A stretch of DNA of 64,000 nt from assembly GCA_965644295.1 (NCBI GenBank), contig CBFFRP010000295.1, forward strand, positions 143,858-207,857, given 5' to 3'. How positions within the stretch are numbered: position 1 is the first letter of the stretch; every line of letters begins with the position of its first letter. A program made the translations under genes and the position numbers. Positions 28,834 to 43,080 of the stretch are shown here, one piece after another. Source of the DNA: Paraphysomonas bandaiensis (Eukaryota > Protista > Chrysophyceae). The notes beneath the pieces are model-generated. The model did not search any database. It was not told where the DNA came from and saw only the letters and a program-made list of their open reading frames with translations.

Positions 28834-29730
28834 TCAAACAAGGCGGATCTCGCCACAAGCAACACGTGCACCCGCATTTCCTGCGTATCAGAATTTTATT
28901 AGAACTGTTTAGTATACGTGGGGATTATATATACTCATACTATATAAATACTAAATGTATGTAATGCATGCATACCCGTAGTAAGAGAGAGCTCGTGCCC
29001 CCCTTTGCCAAGGTCATCTGGGTCGGCATGAACCATCACAGATCTTCCTACTACAGTAAATTCTCCGGAGCTGCAACATATGATAAGTCAATAGTCATAT
29101 ATATAGATTGTGACATACAGTCGCACTAAGTGATCTGTGATACTGCCCTCAGCGACCCCAGAAGCGTCCGCCTCAATGTTACCAAGGTCACCCGCGTGAC
29201 GGACCTATACGATATCATTATCAAATATGATTTACATTAAAATACAGTAACAGTTCAATTGCGATACTATTGCCAGTGATGTTCTGACCAAGACTACTTC
29301 ATGTACAAAGATCCAGTACCTCATCATTAGGGCCACCATGAGTGTGTCCGTGGGGATTGTAATGAGGGCCAGCAGAAGTACACCCATTAGAAAAATCGGC
29401 TAGTTCATGACTGATAATTACAATATGAGAAAATAAGTGTACCATGGCGAGATAATCCATACATATGGAATCCATGCAGACCAGGAGAGAGTCCAGTTAT
29501 GCGATAGTTAATCTTACAAGGGCCATCTCCATCCTGATGTACTGTTACAGAGATGAAGATGAATATAACGGTCAATACCTGTTCAAAGTGGACAATTCCA
29601 GACACGCCAGTGTCTCCCTCACTGCCATCGCAGCTTCTTCCATTGGGGCCAACCTCACAAACTAATCGCAATAAAAATTATCCGCATGCATCCCTATGAG
29701 TGTAGATAGTATACCAGCTTTGATAGACAT
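28834..29730 (-). CDS. SOD1: Cu/Zn superoxide dismutase (7 exons)
   Basis: Spliced translation MSIKAVCEV...[44 protein letters not shown]...[39 protein letters not shown]. All Cu/Zn ligands and the disulfide cysteines are present. Confidence 0.97.
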
Positions 29731-29984
29731 TGATTCGAAGAGAGAAGTTGTAGTTTCGATGCAAAGGAAGTTATAAATATACTTTAACAATGTGTTGCTG
29801 TATGTTTCTTAGTTATGGGAGATCATGTATCTTGTTCTGACTATCTGTTTGATGATGTTGGAACAATGGAAGGATGGCGTAGCCCGTCCACCAGAAATTC
29901 TTTCGTCTCCGTACAGCGGAAATCAGTGGCCCGGTGTAAATGGAATACTGTAATCCGTTCTGCACCTCTCTGTACAAGTACATA

Positions 29985-30000
29985 TATGTATGTATGTATG

Positions 30001-30034
<34 letters not shown>

Positions 30035-30160
30035 TGTATGTATGTATGTATGTATGTATGTATGTATGTATGTATGTATGTATGTATGTATGTATGTATG
30101 TATGTATGTATGTATGTATGTATGTATGTATGTATGTATGTATGTATGTATGTATGTATG
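29985..30160. repeat. (TATG)n microsatellite, about 175 bp
   Basis: Directly visible, 255 bp upstream of the SOD1 ATG. Confidence 0.98.
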
Positions 30161-32448
30161 GACTGCATATGTGAAGCTCCATGGGTTTTTTCCTCATCTA
30201 AAAACCCCTAGTGTGAAGCCAAAAGCTTCACATATGCCTCGAATACGGACAAATATATAGTAGATAATCATATTCAATGCATATGTGAAGCTTTAGGCTT
30301 CACACAAAAACTGGCACTTCTATATAATAAAAATACTATTTTACAGGGAAATAGCCACTTTATTAGTTGTAAAACACTGTTAGAATACTCTACTATTCTC
30401 CTTGAACATGACAGCCGTTAGTGGCATATCAATATTCGACCATACTTACTGCAAACATGAGTGAGACAGACTCAGACAGGAAGTAAGAGTTACCTCATAG
30501 GGGAAGAGGAAGTGGCCGTATACGCCGACAGCCGGTTGTGTCTGTTGACTCCAATGCTGATAATGTATCTGACTATATGAAGAAACGAACAATAGCAGGA
30601 GTGAAATCAGCATACAAGCAAAGGTTGGCCATATTACTGTGTGGTGTAAAACAGAGTACCCTGAAGCTCTGATGATGATGAAAATTTGAAGATTCCATTC
30701 CCGAAAGACATCTGTCTGATTACTTTGGCCATATGTAGAACTCAGCAAAGGCAATAGATGACTACAAGAAAGACATCAATGAACTGAAGAAGAAAAAACT
30801 CAAAAAGAAGAAGGGGTTTAAAGTCCGTTAACAATGAATGACTGTACGATTTTAGCGACGAAGATGATGTTAATGGTACCATTGCAGGCAGTTGGTCCGA
30901 TATCTTGTTCATGTGGGAATATTTTGTACTGATGTGGAATTTGATGAGTAGATCTGATTCAGTAGCTTCCTTGATGATTTAACTTTTTGACTGGAAAGGT
31001 GACTCAATGCTTGTTCAAGACCAAGGACACAAAGCGGACAGGAAAGTCAGTGACAAAAAAGGGCATCATGCAAGACAATGAATGTAATGTGCAATGGTGG
31101 AAAACATTTAACTGACAAGATGGTCAGATTATTCACTTCGTTCCAAAGGATTGGAGATTTACAGCCAGAATACCATTGATCTGTCTGTATGATTTATGGT
31201 TCTATGGAGATAGGGTGAGCTGAATAAGACCATATCGTCTCATAAGTCGTCGGTTTGACGTTTGACATACAGATGAGTGATGTTATTGCTTTTACTCGAG
31301 CTAGTACAGTGCGTGATGTCATTTGTTAATACTATCGTGAGTGATAATGGGCTGCTGCCAGATGGATACAGCAACTTCAATAATGTTCCTGCACGTGCTA
31401 ATAATGATGAATATATTCTAGTGTGCTGGATATAATTTTGAATTTCGTACGTAGCTTGTACAATGAAATCTGCATGTTGAATCGTGTACGGCATTGATAA
31501 ATGATAGTTCTTTAATTTTAAGTAGTGCATATCAAAAGCTACAATTTCTTAGCTACAACAGCACCGTCATCTTGATAACTAGTAAACAACTCTACACGGT
31601 ATGATCTTATACATACACACATCTTATATACGACAACACCTTCATACATACATACATACATACATACATACATACATACATACATACACATCTTATCTAC
31701 GACATCACCTTAATCTTGATGAATGATATATGTAAACTTCAGTCATATTTACAGGACACAACAGATCATTACGAGTGATACAGCATTAGGAGTCATATGG
31801 TCGACAGGCTCTTCACTGGTTGGGTCGTAAGAGGCGTCCCTGTACCACATACATACACTCTCACCACCCCCACAACTCATCCACACTCTCATATTACTCA
31901 TATGTTATCCTTATAGAGGAAGTCCTCATATGGATGATCACCACCAGCTCCACTAACAACATCGTCACAGTCATCTAACGGATACACATGCTTCCACAGC
32001 ACCATTAATGCAGATACACCATATAAAATAACATACTCAGGAGCGCATTAGTGGTGAAGGCTTCTGGTTCAGTTATATGACTATTCAGGGTGCTCCATGC
32101 GGTCTATGCATGTATGTGTGTGTGGGTGTTCTGTATGTATGTGTGTGTATCTGCTGCGGTATTATTCATGTGATCATACGAGTCTCTCTCCTCATGAGGA
32201 GCACACACCACTATACACCACTATGACCACACACTGTTGATAGTCCTCACTCGTGTCTGTGAGTAGAGGCAGCAGCAGAGCCTCTGAATCATGTACTCAT
32301 ATATGCATATATCCACATCACATTCACTTCGAAGTGAGCCAGAGATATACACTCTTATACGCACACGTATACCAATGTATTCCATATACACAGTATACAG
32401 AGAATACGTAGCTTCACAGTTGTAGCAAAAAGCTTCACATATGCACTC
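30161..32448. mobile_element. Putative non-autonomous TIR DNA transposon inserted into a (TATG)n array
   Basis: Left end GACTGCATATGTGAAGCT (30161-30178) versus right end AGCTTCACATATGCACTC (32431-32448): 17/18 inverted match. Subterminal copies of the GTGAAGC/GCTTCAC motif at about 30213, 30225, 30279, 30297 and 32410. TATG arrays lie at both ends; no long ORF inside. Confidence 0.65.
31643..31688. repeat. (CATA)n run (reverse-oriented TATG) inside the TIR element
   Basis: Directly visible; flanked by the imperfect direct repeat CACATCTTAT.TACGACA.CACC. Confidence 0.9.
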
Positions 32449-32450
32449 AT

Positions 32451-32452
<2 letters not shown>

Positions 32453-32482
<30 letters not shown>

Positions 32483-32680
32483 TGTATGTATGTATGTATG
32501 TATGTATGTATGTATGTATGTATGTATGTATGTATGTATGTATGTATGTATGTATGTATGTATGTATGTATGTATGTATGTATGTATGTATGTATGTATG
32601 TATGTATGTATGTATGTATGTATGTATGTATGTAGGTATGTATGTATGTATGTATGTATGTATGTATGTATGTATGTATG
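32453..32680. repeat. (TATG)n microsatellite, about 230 bp
   Basis: Directly visible; ends 62 bp upstream of the PGAM-family ATG. Confidence 0.98.
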
Positions 32681-32742
32681 TTGTTTCTAAATATATTACT
32701 TTAAAACTTTTCACAATACATGCTGGCTACCTCACTCCACTC

Positions 32743-34264
32743 ATGCCAGGATATCATCTTCTTCCCCGCCGGAATATCATATCTCGGCCATTAATAAGAA
32801 ATTTTTGTTTGTGTTTACCCAAAAGATTAATTTTAGTGAGGCATGCAGAGAGTGTGGGAAATGTTGATGAGCGCGCCTATGAGACTACTCCAGACTGGGT
32901 CATGCCGTTAACTGAAAATGGAAAAGAACAAGCGAGGAGACTGGGAGTGGAGTTGAAGCAATTATTGAAAGATGGTGAGATATGTAGATAGTGTGTGTAT
33001 ATAGATACATATGTACAGAGATAAAGAAATGTTAGATTTTATAGAGGTATAATGTGATGAGTTGTGGTGTTGTTGGTGTTTCGTGACGACTAACTTCATC
33101 TTATACTAACGCCGCTTCTTGTAGACAAGATATTTATTTATTGCAGCCCATACAAGCGCTCTAAACAAACTCTGAAACGTGTAATGAAATCGTTCGAGGA
33201 TGCTGAAATTGTGGATGCAAGAGAAGATCCGAGATTAGTAGGTGGGTGTAGTGATTCATATTGGTAGTCGCCTAGTTCTGAAATTAGTGCATATAGAGCA
33301 ACAGTTTGGCAATATTCAAAGACTGGAGTTGATGAGCCTTTTCAAATCGGACCGAAGCAAATTTGGAAGGTCTCAGTTATATCACCATTGTTATATATGT
33401 TCTTATGTTGTGCGTCGATTTATGTATACAGGTTTCACTATTGTTTTCCTAATGGTACGCAAAAATATTTTCTATTGGCGTGTACTACTGGTGTAAAGTA
33501 ATATTATTTTCTCCAGGGGAATCTGGATTAGATGTTTATATACGTGTCACAGGATTCATATCCACACTTTTCAGGTATGGCTATTATCAAGATTATGAAT
33601 AGACTGGCTAATATTACTTCTCTTGTGTCACTCGTGTTATATATATCGATATAATGTAAGTACTGCCACCTAATGTTATATATAGAGATTGGTCCAAGAT
33701 TGACCCGGAGGTGTTGAATGACATGACAGTCCTGGTAAGTAAATCAGCGCTGGCTATTACTATATATACAAAGAATATCTGTATGCTCATTCTGTGTCTA
33801 TTTTGTGTTGTGTCTGTGTTTTAACACCCTGTGTGTTAAATTAATATCTTTTCTGTGCAGATTATTACCCACGGACTGACTCTACGTCTGGTAAGTGTAG
33901 ATGTATCGTAGAAGTGGTTCAACCTTGATATTTATTCATAGTTTTTGATGAGGTGGCTTCATTATAGTGTTGAGGAGGTGAGGCTGCCCACAGTGCATGA
34001 ATATAGCATATTAAATGTGAACTGCTTTAGTTTGAGGCATCAACGAACCCTGGTAACTGTGACTTTGTTTGCCTTGATCGATATGAGACCCAAGACAAGT
34101 TCAATCCAGTCAGGTTTAGGTTGTGTGACCATGGGCACGAGCTGTGCAACCTTCCTCGTAAGGCTGCATACATGAAAAAAGACGGCCGTAAGAACCTGCA
34201 GAGGCTTTTACAAGACTCAAAGTGTAGAGATGATGGCTATGATTCTGGATCAAGCTCAGATTAG
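32743..34264 (+). CDS. Histidine phosphatase / phosphoglycerate-mutase-like protein (many short exons)
   Basis: LILVRHAESVGN (RH[G/A] motif), PLTENGKEQA, YCSPYKRSKQT, REDPRL-EQQFGN, GESGLDVY.RV and IITHGLTLRL. Last exon ends ...SGSSSD* at 34264. Confidence 0.9.
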
Positions 34265-34854
34265 ACGTATCACTGCTTCGAGGTACTGGTAGGTAGAGAT
34301 ACACATGCATTGACAAAAGTTCTACAGTGGGAAACCAAATCAAAGTGAAATAAAGATAAACAATGTGACCACAATGCCTACCGCGTATTACTATACATTG
34401 CGTATTTTTATGATGAGTACTTAATTGTGTTTTATTTTTTCTTCGGCAAGTTTTATGCTGAGGAGACGTATATATTCGTATAGTGTTGTTTTGTGACATT
34501 ACACCTATTCGAATTATGTAAGTATAAATATATTATCATTATATCTGTTGTGAAACAGCCCTGGATTAGTTGGTGAAAGTGTCAATGATGGTGAGATGTA
34601 AACAGCCAATCAGTACTAAATACCTCTACTCCATAGTTATCATAATATATTTTGAAATACAGCGCTCTCTTACCCAGTGATGCAGTAATATGTAGAATAA
34701 TTACAATCATTGGTAGACCTCAGAAAAAGTACCTGTAGGTACCTAATATCTAATATGGCCCACCGATGATATCCGATATTGACTTTTCAACCCTAAGAAG
34801 TAAGTAAAGGGACTCAGAAAATACACAGTACTAATGCCTAATGCTAATACCCTT

Positions 34855-34990
34855 CATAAGAAGCCTTGCAAGAAGATCCTGATGTGCCAATGGAGAGCGA
34901 AAAGAATAATGATGTGTAGTTACGCTTTGTCGTCTGTTATTTAACTAAATTAGCAATTAAGGGGGCACAACACAACCTATTATGAGCGGT
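34855..34990 (+). mobile_element. Short diverged fragment of the hAT-like 3' end
   Basis: GAAGCCTTGCAAGAAGATCCTGATGTG...TAAATTAGCAATTAAGGGGGCACAACAC resembles 27604-27712 and 42833-42941. Confidence 0.6.
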
Positions 34991-35010
34991 AAATAAAATT
35001 ATGATGATCA

Positions 35011-35315
35011 TTTTTCCCCACTTGTCTCAGAAAAAATGTTTATTGCCTGAGTTGGGTTCAACAGAATGCTCGTATTAGCACCGGGTAAATATAGACATTA
35101 AATTTAAATATTCGGTTCAAGATTCTATCTTAATCACGATATTGACAGTCATTCTTTGAAAGTGATTTGATTATAATATACTCAGTTTTAGGGAAACCAC
35201 AAAGATGAAAGCGCTTTCAAAAGATTATCACACACTCCAAGTTGTATTCTATCCTTCTTTGATGTAGATGATAATAATGATGTCAGTGCAAGTGATTTGT
35301 TATCGTGATCAGGAC
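35011..35315 (+). repeat. Third dispersed repeat family (unclassified)
   Basis: CCCCA.TTGTCTCA.AAAAATGTT...AACAGAA.GCTC.TATTA recurs at 42335-42400 and 44858-44970. The downstream part (TTGACAGTC...CACTCCAAGTT...ATAATGATGTCAGTGCAAGT) recurs at 43150-43395. Confidence 0.65.
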
Positions 35316-35787
35316 TTCTTTTTTTGCTGAAGGTGATTTGAGTAGTGGCACCCAGACCTTCCAGCGATTATCAGGAAATAAGTTATAGCAATATTAGCTC
35401 TACTGAATAATATTTCAACCTTATTAGTTGTAGTATGCAAGTGCTTCATGCTGCGTATTGAGTTTGCTTGTTATCATCAATCAAACGCTGAACTGTATAT
35501 TGACATTCTGTACTATTCCTTCACACTGTTATTATTATCATCTTCTTCCTCACATTATAAGCAAAAATATTTAAATTTGATATTTTTCTGTTACCACTCT
35601 CTTCTTGTATCTTCACGACTGCCTTTTCGAAAGTAGTGTTTTATGAATAATAGCAGCATTGTCGCCCAGATGCTTCAATATATTATTTCATTAATGTTAT
35701 TATCTGGAAATAAATAATAATAGTACCTCTCTGGCGTTATTTTTCGTGTCGTCGTTTTTTTGTAAAAATAAAGTAAAAAGAAGGTCG

Positions 35788-36282
35788 CCCCTCTTATCAC
35801 CCACTCGAACCAGCAGTGATACGCAGTTCACGTACTTGGTGATACTTTACGCTCCATGTGAGCCGTACTTGTAGATAGTATAGCCAAGTAAATGTTGACG
35901 AAAATACACAAGTATCCAGGAATGGGCCCACCTCACGGGCATCCGGCGAGTTTGGGCTGCTTGCTGCAGCCGAGCATCCGTAGTATGAGTTCACCAGATG
36001 TCAGATATATCGAATTCTGCATGGTCACTGTGTTGGCTTATGACTGATTGATAGCGAGGATGGTTGCACCTTGGCGCTTGCGGCAACGCCAAATAGTTCT
36101 CGTAGCGCTAAACTTAATGGGCAGCTGTAGGTTGCACCATCATATGGTGCTCGCAGCGATGCACAAGCAGTCCCGAGACGGTTGCCGGCCACTAGTAGTA
36201 CATAGCAAGCCCAGCTTAGTCAGTCTATAGATATAATACTAGTTTCTGTACCCAACCGTTCTCATGTAAAAATCAGACTTTC
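35788..36282 (+). repeat. Old diverged copy of the SINE-like family in the opposite orientation
   Basis: GAATGGGCCCACCTCACGGGCATCCGG, TTGGGCTGCTTGCTG and GGTTGCACCTTGGCGCTTGCGGC match the reverse complement of blocks in 43923-44446. Starts CCCCTC and ends AGACTTTC. Confidence 0.6.
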
Positions 36283-37791
36283 TTACAATATGGGCAGCTG
36301 TACGAGAAGTTGTGTAGATTTCAATACAGAGGGATTCGAAATCAACACCTGTTTGTCCTGTGAATGCTATGAAAAGTTTCTACGCTATTTAATTCTAAGT
36401 AACACTCATGAGCAATAAAATAATATAATATAATATACTTTGGTATTATTGCTTATATTCTAATTTATTTGCGAAGCTCCAGATTGATTCTGATTGACAT
36501 CCATGAGCAATTCTATCTTGAAAAATTAATACAGGGGTGCTGCTCTATTCTAATTTATTTGTGAAGAGTTATAATATAATAAGATATGCCCCAATTATAA
36601 AAATACGTGATTCTTACCATAATAAATAATATTATATATTGTAATATTATTGTATGGAAAAGTCAATTCCACTCAATTTTTAAAATAGCATATCTACACG
36701 GAATACCCAAATCAAAACGCAAATAAAATACAATAATGATATTACCACGTTTACTATATATATTCATCAGCCATAATAATATTATTTCTAACTTTTTTGA
36801 TACAATGTCATATATATATAATATTATGTATGTACAACTAAATTATAATTCAAGTATTACGTCACGTTCGCTTCTTTACATTTCTTCACCATCCAAACAT
36901 GTTTAAATTTGACACAGCTGATCAAAGTCTGACATACATCTTATGAGTATAATTAACAATTGAAGGTACACATGCACTCAATGCTAACAATGTCATAATA
37001 TTATTATCATCTCTACTACGACTCATTTCTCATACGATCTTTGGTCGTCACAAACTTGAATGGTCACTATATCCCGTTTTACTACTATATACTATACTTA
37101 CCGTCATGATATTAATTTTTATAATACGGGTAACCACAACTGTATACTTCTCATAACCGTTATAATTTAAATACGTTATAACTACAGCTTTTAATTGCTC
37201 TCAAATAGCAAAACTCAACAATCGCCTCTCTTTTTGTGGTGCTCATCTCTCTCATTGTCCTCTAATGGATCTTGATTGCTCTTTCCTCCTTTGTCAATAC
37301 TAATACAGGTTACGAGAACTGGCATTGATATATATCATATATCACAATATTTACTGTGGAGCGATCAAGCCTAAAGCATCATATTATCAGGGGTTTAATA
37401 TGATGTTTAATGACTAAGGATATGCATCCCATGGCTCAAAATAATTTTCACTTTCAGAAGTGCTACACTCACATCTACTACGCCAGCTACATTAATTTAA
37501 GATGAAAAAGGATCAATAATTGCTTCATAACTTATCAATATGCATTGTTAAGATTAACAACTCATGCAAAACCCAAAACTCTGCACAAATATGTATATAT
37601 GAATTTTTTCTTAACATCAATACTCACCACTGTCTTTGTAAACCGACAGCTATGACTACTTTCCATACTATCGCAGCATTCACATTGGTTCATACACAAC
37701 ATCTGCGTAACAATAGACGTTTCTCCCTACAGCATATAGGTGTGTCCATATACATATCACTATTTTTATTTCAAGTATAACGGTGTCGGGC

Positions 37792-39169
<1,378 letters not shown>

Positions 39170-40013
39170 GCTGCAGACACGCGATACTCTGAGGTAATTT
39201 AGGCCTGCACTTGTTCTCGCAGCTGGGTACAATATATATGACGTATGTTCTAACGAACTGATGAATGATGTAACTATAATTTATATGGTACACATACATA
39301 TATAAGTGACAAGGAAGCAGAGCTGGGAACAGATCAGATCGAACCCTCTCGATAGTAACCACTAAAACTACAGCCGTTACCGATAGCACACACATATCCT
39401 CACATGCCTGCATATTGGTGCATACGTACGTATCTATCTGCATACTCCACACTCCAACAGAAATACATACATCTGTGTTCGTTATACAGTCCCAGATGAA
39501 ACGACCCCACTGACTGTTCAAGATATATCACCCCTGACAGAGTGTACACAGCAACAGGTTTACGGTGTCGATTAGAAATTTCTGCCATTCTGATTCTTTC
39601 TTCTGGACGAAAATGTCAAAAAACAGAACAGGAAATGGTTTAACTACCGGTTCTGTACATCCTCCTCCCAAATATGACATGAATTTACTTGATACTCTTT
39701 CCGTAGTGATGTGGGTATACTATACAACTACACGCAGGCCCTAAAATATGCTGGTCAGCATGCAAGTGATGTGAATACACACAATAAGATCACTTTAAGA
39801 ATCATAGCAGCTCTTGCTCTATGGGTAATATATAGAGAGTGTGCATTAGATTTTGGCACTGCAACAAAATTTTGAAGAAGAGTTTCTATTACTCCTTATT
39901 GTTTCTACCTTTCAAGCCGCATCAAATAGACTAGAAGTAATACATATACGAATATTGTAATTAGCACTCGTTTGTCAGATAGGATGAGTAAATTGTGAAC
40001 CGATTAATTTTTA

Positions 40014-42083
40014 ATGGGAAACGATCAGTCATCTACTTCGCGACCATCGCGAGGGAATCCTTCGGGGTCGACCTCAAATCAATCTCGTGTTTCTGCAGCA
40101 GCTTCATCAGACTCCGGTACTCCGCCTCCTGGTGCATATAATATTCCAGGACAACCCAGAAATCAAAGATTTTATGTCACTATTCCTAGGGGAGTGAGGC
40201 CAGGAATGCATTTTGCAGTTCTTGTAAATGGACAGCAAATGATGGTTCGATGTCCCCCTGATCATGGTGAAAACGACAGACTGATTGTCACTGCTCCGCG
40301 TCAGCAGTCTCAACAATACGTTGTGACTGTCCCTTCAAATGTTCGTCCTGGCGAACAGTTTCGTGTGATGATAAACAACCAGGAGGTCATGGTCACTTGT
40401 CCCCCCGGCGTCCGACCGTCGCAACGAGTTACATTTCAGCTTCCTCAGCAGGAGAGAACTTCGCAGCCTGCACCTAACCACCAGATGTTTGAAGTAGCGG
40501 TCCCGGACGGTGTACGACCTGGTCAACCCTTCGCTCTTCTAGCTCACGGTCAGCGCGTAATGGTCACATGTCCACCCAACGTTCGTCCTGGTCAAAAGAT
40601 ACGGTTCCAGCTTCCGATGCAGTTGAGCCAACAACAGTTAGAGGCAATTCGCGTTGACTATGACAAGGATGGTTGGATGCGGTGCTTAGGACAGGATCTG
40701 AAGTTCCACTGGGTGTATAATACGTCTTCCACACATTCGACATCAGAGAAACACCGTGTGCCCTTTGATGTGAATAGTACAGCTTATGTTCGAGAGCTAG
40801 TGATCCACCCTTCTTCAAAGGGTCCGGGGGAGCTCAATTTCATAGAGGCAAGCAAGTATGCTATGGCAACTACTGTCCCTGGTACTGATGTAAATTATCA
40901 AGCTCTGAGCTCTGTCGCACAGCTTCCGTTCCAGCAAAAAAGCGAATGGCTTAAGAACCAATTCACTGCTATTCGTGTACCCTGGGAGGAAGGTCATATT
41001 AAGCTCAAAATCCGGCGGTCTTCCTTACTTCAGGACAGTATGGAGAGTGTAGAATCCATCCAGTCATCAAATATGCACAAGATACTCAGAGTTGAATTCA
41101 TTGGTGAGCCTGGTCTTGATGCAGGTGGAGTCACTAGGGAGTGGTATAATCTCGTTGCTGACCAGCTCTTCAACCCTGACTGTGGACTTTTCTTATACTC
41201 CTCAGTAAACCAGATGTGCATGCAGGTAAACCCTAATTCTGGCATCGCCAATGAATACCATCTTCGATACTTTCATTTTGCTGGTCGAGTACTGGGCAAG
41301 GCCCTCATGGATGGCCAGATAACGCCAGTACATCTGGTTCAGCCCCTGTATAAACACTTAATGGGGTTCCCTGTTACTCTAAGGGACCTAGAGCACATCG
41401 ACGACGATGTGTACAGGAATCTCATGGAACTATTGGATCTAGATGATGTCAGTATGCTTTACTTAGACTTTACTGTCACTGAGGACCAGCTGGGCATGAC
41501 CCACACTGTTGCCTTAATTGAGGGGGGTGAGGATATACCGGTCACAAATGATAACATAGTGCAATATCTGGAGGAGCAGCTTAAATATCGCCTGCTGGGA
41601 CGAATCAGAGACCAGCTGCGTGAGTTCCTCAAAGGGTTTTATGACGTGGTTCCCGAGCCGTTATTGGCTGTGTTTGATTTCCAGGAACTCGAGCTGTTGC
41701 TGCATGGTTTACCTAATATAAACATGGACGACTGGGTCACATACACAGAGTACTCAGGGGAGTTCAACGGAAACCCGAACCACAAGGTGATTCAGTGGTT
41801 TTGGGAGATCGTGCGATCTTACTCCCAAGAAAACAAAGCCAAGCTGCTTCAATTTTCCACTGGGACATGTGGGGTTCCGGCACAGGGATTCGCATTTCTG
41901 CAAGGAAACGATGGAAACATACGAAAGTTCACGCTCCATGGTGATAAAAATGTGAAAGTATTTCCCAGATCCCATACATGCTTCAATAGAATTGACATGC
42001 CATTATATTCGTCAAAATCTGAAATGCAGAAGTATTTGACCATGGCAATAACTTATGAAAGCCAGGGTTTTGAAATAGAGTAG
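40014..42083 (+). CDS. HECT-domain E3 ubiquitin ligase (NEDD4-like HECT; three N-terminal repeats instead of C2/WW), intronless
   Basis: EFIGEPGLDAGGVTREW, catalytic PRSHTCFNRIDMP and C-terminal GFEIE. MGNDQSS start; three V.[IV]P..VRPG..F......Q..MV.CPP repeats. Confidence 0.95.
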   Translation: MGNDQSSTSRPSRGNPSGSTSNQSRVSAAASSDSGTPPPGAYNIPGQPRNQRFYVTIPRGVRPGMHFAVLVNGQQMMVRCPPDHGENDRLIVTAPRQQSQQYVVTVPSNVRPGEQFRVMINNQEVMVTCPPGVRPSQRVTFQLPQQERTSQPAPNHQMFEVAVPDGVRPGQPFALLAHGQRVMVTCPPNVRPGQKIRFQLPMQLSQQQLEAIRVDYDKDGWMRCLGQDLKFHWVYNTSSTHSTSEKHRVPFDVNSTAYVRELVIHPSSKGPGELNFIEASKYAMATTVPGTDVNYQALSSVAQLPFQQKSEWLKNQFTAIRVPWEEGHIKLKIRRSSLLQDSMESVESIQSSNMHKILRVEFIGEPGLDAGGVTREWYNLVADQLFNPDCGLFLYSSVNQMCMQVNPNSGIANEYHLRYFHFAGRVLGKALMDGQITPVHLVQPLYKHLMGFPVTLRDLEHIDDDVYRNLMELLDLDDVSMLYLDFTVTEDQLGMTHTVALIEGGEDIPVTNDNIVQYLEEQLKYRLLGRIRDQLREFLKGFYDVVPEPLLAVFDFQELELLLHGLPNINMDDWVTYTEYSGEFNGNPNHKVIQWFWEIVRSYSQENKAKLLQFSTGTCGVPAQGFAFLQGNDGNIRKFTLHGDKNVKVFPRSHTCFNRIDMPLYSSKSEMQKYLTMAITYESQGFEIE

Positions 42084-42429
42084 CATTTGGAATAGTTTTT
42101 ATGCCTTTCCTTGTAGAGTTGCGAATCACTTTAGACTAGTTCTAATGCTTATCTCTGTTTAATTACTTGTGGCATTTGGATTCTGCCATTTGGCTGGTGA
42201 GTTCAGTTAGCTGATACCATCAATATATTTGTGCGTTTCTGGTAGTGTAGTCTATTCTTATAATAGTATATTGCGGGCGTAATAATAATTTTAATATGTT
42301 GTCTCTGTAATATATTTCAAGTAAAATTTTAATATCCCCATTTTGTCTCAAAAAATGTTTTTTGACCCGGATAGGGTTAAACAGAACGCTCATATTAAGT
42401 CGGGAATGCCAAAACCTGGTGAAATATAT

Positions 42430-43080
42430 GATGATGGTCGCTAAAGTCAGTGGCTAAAATTCAAGGAAACGATGAAGGAGAGTTGGCAGGCACTGAGAGA
42501 AGAGCAGTTAGACATTTGCAACTGCATTCATCCATGGAGTTTGGTGCACCCGACAGAAATAACGAGGACGAGAGTGAAGGAACTGACTTTGCACAGCGTG
42601 TTCTGGACAGCGCCGAAGTCACCAAGAGAGCTCGACTTGGTACCTATGAGTCCAACTACCGCTGCTTGCTTCATATTGAAGCACAATCTAATGTTATTAT
42701 TGTGAGGCTCTTTAGTCGTGCCAAGTTGATTATGACACCTGAGCGCAGAAACATTAATCCATATATATCGTCTAGAATCGTTGCTATTCCTACGAGCCAA
42801 TTACATGTTGTGGGATGTTTATACCCTCCATGAAGCCCTGCAAGAAGATCCTGATGTGTCAGTAGAGAGCTCAGCGAGAAGTAGTTAAAATTTGCAGTCT
42901 ACTATTTAATTAAAAATTAGTAATTAAGGGAGCACAACACTATCTATCTATTATATGAGTGGTGCTATCTACTTTAAGTTAGTAGGTATTAATGGCCATT
43001 AATGACCATTATAATTGCTGGGACATTTTTCATTAATGCCATTATAATTACCGGGAAATGGACTACCATTAATGGGCCAT
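42430..43080 (+). pseudogene. hAT-like transposase C-terminal relic, nested in the third repeat family
   Basis: ORF 42450-42833 reads VAKIQGNDEGELAGTERRAV...SNVIIVRLFSRAKLIMTPERR. 42661-43080 duplicates 27433-27850 but lacks the final terminal-repeat bases. Confidence 0.7.
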
